NCBI GenBank assembly: GCA_028278335.1
Contig: JANQEN010000203.1
Location: 107,950 to 171,949 of the forward strand
Source: Chitinivibrionales bacterium
GTDB taxonomy: Bacteria > Fibrobacterota > Chitinivibrionia > Chitinivibrionales > JANQEN01
Length of the DNA stretch: 64,000 nt
Direction of reading: 5' to 3'
Shown here: positions 62,434 through 64,000 of the stretch, piece after piece
How positions within the stretch are numbered: the stretch's first letter is position 1
Layout: each line of letters begins with the position of its first letter
Notes under the pieces: generated by a model
What the model saw: the letters and a program-made list of their open reading frames with translations, nothing else
What the model was told of the DNA's origin: nothing
Databases searched by the model: none
Made by a program: the position numbers and the translations under genes

Positions 62434-63642
62434 TCATTTCTGATACCATTTACATTTCTTTAAATTTAGGAAATAGACACCAGAATGGATACCAGCTTTA
62501 TTCCCTAAGGCTGCAAAAAGGGTATCACCAATATGTGTCATGCCATATACGGTTCCGGGAAGGGCATTTATATACACTGGATCAATATGATTAAAAAACG
62601 GTGTCATATTAAGCCATAAATTTGCTGAATCATTAAAGTAGTAGGTTCCTTTTATTATGTATTCATTATGAGAAAAAAGATTCATTACAGGACCTACAGT
62701 AAATGTTGTATCCATTGCATTATAATCTTTAAAATTCATATATCTTTTGTCCCAAACTCCATCTGAGACATATTTATGCACTAGGCCTCCAAGATTTCCA
62801 ACAAAAATCGTATCATTATATTTTGCCATACTTCTTGGTCGAAAGCCAGGAATTGATTTTGTGTCTCCTCCATTATCAGCAATCTCTCGGAGATCTTTAG
62901 GGGTTGTTCCTTTCATAACCTTCCATGAAACACCATTATATCGCCATAATCCTTCATCAAAAGAGCTAGCGTATAAATAATCATCTATTGAGAAAAAAGA
63001 TGTTATTGTTACAGCTTTATTAATTATATCTGCACCCCACCCAGAATCAGCACATAACCATAATGTGTCTTGATTTGAAAACCAAATTTTAGGCTCATAA
63101 TACCTTTTAATACCTTGAGTCCATCCTTGAGCGGTCATTATAAATATTTTGCTTTTATGTAATCCTATACTGTACATCATTGTGTATAATTCACCATTAT
63201 ATAGCTTTGTTGAATCAAACCAAGGATTGTTTTTGGGAGAAAGGCAGTGCCATTTATTATTTAAAATTTCATATTTATAGACATTGCATGTTTGTTCGCG
63301 TGTAGCACAATAGAGGATTCCACCAAGGGTATCACAAACAAAGTCATAAATTTGATCATTTGATGGAACTGTAATTTGCGTCCAAATGAGTTCAGGATAA
63401 GTACAATGAAATAACTCTCCTTTATAATTAAAGCTAAATAGATTACCTTGATAGTGACATATATCTACATAATGACTACTATCTCCCTGTGTATTTAAGC
63501 CAGCAATCTCCCACCCGTGAAGAGTATCATTTCCACTATTATTTTGATTCTCCTGCACCGGATAGTTGCAGGAAATTACAAAATAGAAAAGTGCCAATAA
63601 ATAGAATAGTGCAAAAAATCGGAGTCTTTTCATAGCAGGCAC
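62434..63642 (-). CDS. hypothetical lipoprotein, probable beta-propeller-like fold
   Basis: Signal peptide plus lipobox (LFYFVISC). It has repeated aromatic/Gly-rich beta-strand segments. I recognise no family. Confidence 0.4.
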   Translation of the reverse strand: MPAMKRLRFFALFYLLALFYFVISCNYPVQENQNNSGNDTLHGWEIAGLNTQGDSSHYVDICHYQGNLFSFNYKGELFHCTYPELIWTQITVPSNDQIYDFVCDTLGGILYCATREQTCNVYKYEILNNKWHCLSPKNNPWFDSTKLYNGELYTMMYSIGLHKSKIFIMTAQGWTQGIKRYYEPKIWFSNQDTLWLCADSGWGADIINKAVTITSFFSIDDYLYASSFDEGLWRYNGVSWKVMKGTTPKDLREIADNGGDTKSIPGFRPRSMAKYNDTIFVGNLGGLVHKYVSDGVWDKRYMNFKDYNAMDTTFTVGPVMNLFSHNEYIIKGTYYFNDSANLWLNMTPFFNHIDPVYINALPGTVYGMTHIGDTLFAALGNKAGIHSGVYFLNLKKCKWYQK

Positions 63643-63852
63643 AATAATTAAATGGTTCTAATAATCATCTATGAAAATATGTTGCGGGCATTTGCTCAAT
63701 TAAATATCACTGATATTTTTTTAATGTGAAACACAGAGAGACGGCCTATTATGGTGGATTATCGAGTCCAAAGAATACCAAGTTTCCTCCAGAAAGTATG
63801 AATTTATCGTACTTTCTGGAGTAAATTGACCATTTTAATTTATGCAAAAACT

Positions 63853-63895
63853 AAAAAAGCCCTATTACTCTGAAATTATCAAAAGTAATAAGGCC
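63853..63895 (-). terminator. hairpin terminator downstream of tRNA-Arg
   Basis: On the minus strand: ggccttattact-tttgataatttcag-agtaatagggc followed by TTTTTT. The stem pairs 10 of 11 positions (63859-63869 / 63884-63894). Confidence 0.5.
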
Positions 63896-63904
63896 TTTTT
63901 AGTA

Positions 63905-63978
63905 CACGGCTGTAGGGAGTCGAACCCCAAACCTCCTGATCCGTAGTCAGGTGCTCTATCCAATTGAGCTACAGCCGC
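63905..63978 (-). tRNA. tRNA-Arg (anticodon ACG)
   Basis: Reverse complement: GCGGCTG-TA-GCTC-AATTGGATA-GAGC-A-CCTGA-CTACGGA-TCAGG-AGGTT-TGGGG-TTCGACT-CCCTA-CAGCCGT-G. This is a full cloverleaf with anticodon loop CU-ACG-GA and a G1:U72 wobble. CCA is not encoded. Confidence 0.85.
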
Positions 63979-64000
63979 AAAATGAATGCACAAAAATATA

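Overview
AT-rich (by eye about 35-40% GC), densely coding chromosomal segment from an anaerobic bacterium. T9SS type-A and type-B C-terminal sorting domains, many TPR proteins and GC-rich hairpin repeats in the intergenic DNA suggest an uncultured FCB-superphylum lineage, possibly Cloacimonadota-like; this is a low-confidence guess. Recognisable housekeeping genes are truA (partial), htrA, gatA, pheA, purB, a PHP histidinol phosphatase, nrdD/nrdG, rho, an HU-family gene, an OPT transporter and tRNA-Arg(ACG). There is also a small polysaccharide-initiation cluster (sugar transferase, GT2, ParB-fold protein). Five things stand out. (1) A 9-kb minus-strand block (20.46-29.51 kb) starts with a tungsten-type aldehyde:ferredoxin oxidoreductase (AOR) split into two polypeptides, each fused to complementary parts of a HydABC/NuoEFG-like iron-sulfur/flavin module. 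It continues with ThiF/ThiS-like genes, a Cys-poor glycyl-radical activase and a glycyl radical enzyme whose active-site residues line up with trans-4-hydroxy-L-proline dehydratase (HypD). (2) A NifB-like radical SAM domain is fused, through an internal twin-arginine-like hydrophobic segment, to a ModA/TupA-like binding-protein domain, and is translationally coupled to a NapH-like membrane polyferredoxin (50.7-53.1 kb). (3) A spacer-less 43-bp x10 tandem array (57.9-58.4 kb) is followed by five 11-bp-phased Pho-box-like repeats, downstream of an orphan OmpR-family regulator. (4) An 11-kb three-gene envelope operon encodes a TPR lipoprotein, a repeat protein ending in an FGE-sulfatase domain, and a 1940-aa TPR giant. 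(5) Several families of structured or GC-rich dispersed repeats occur, including a 164-nt hairpin element present twice. I saw no transposase, integrase, CRISPR array or rRNA. Everything here comes from reading the ORF translations and the nucleotide sequence by eye; no searches were run, and non-ORF coordinates were hand-counted (a few nt uncertainty).
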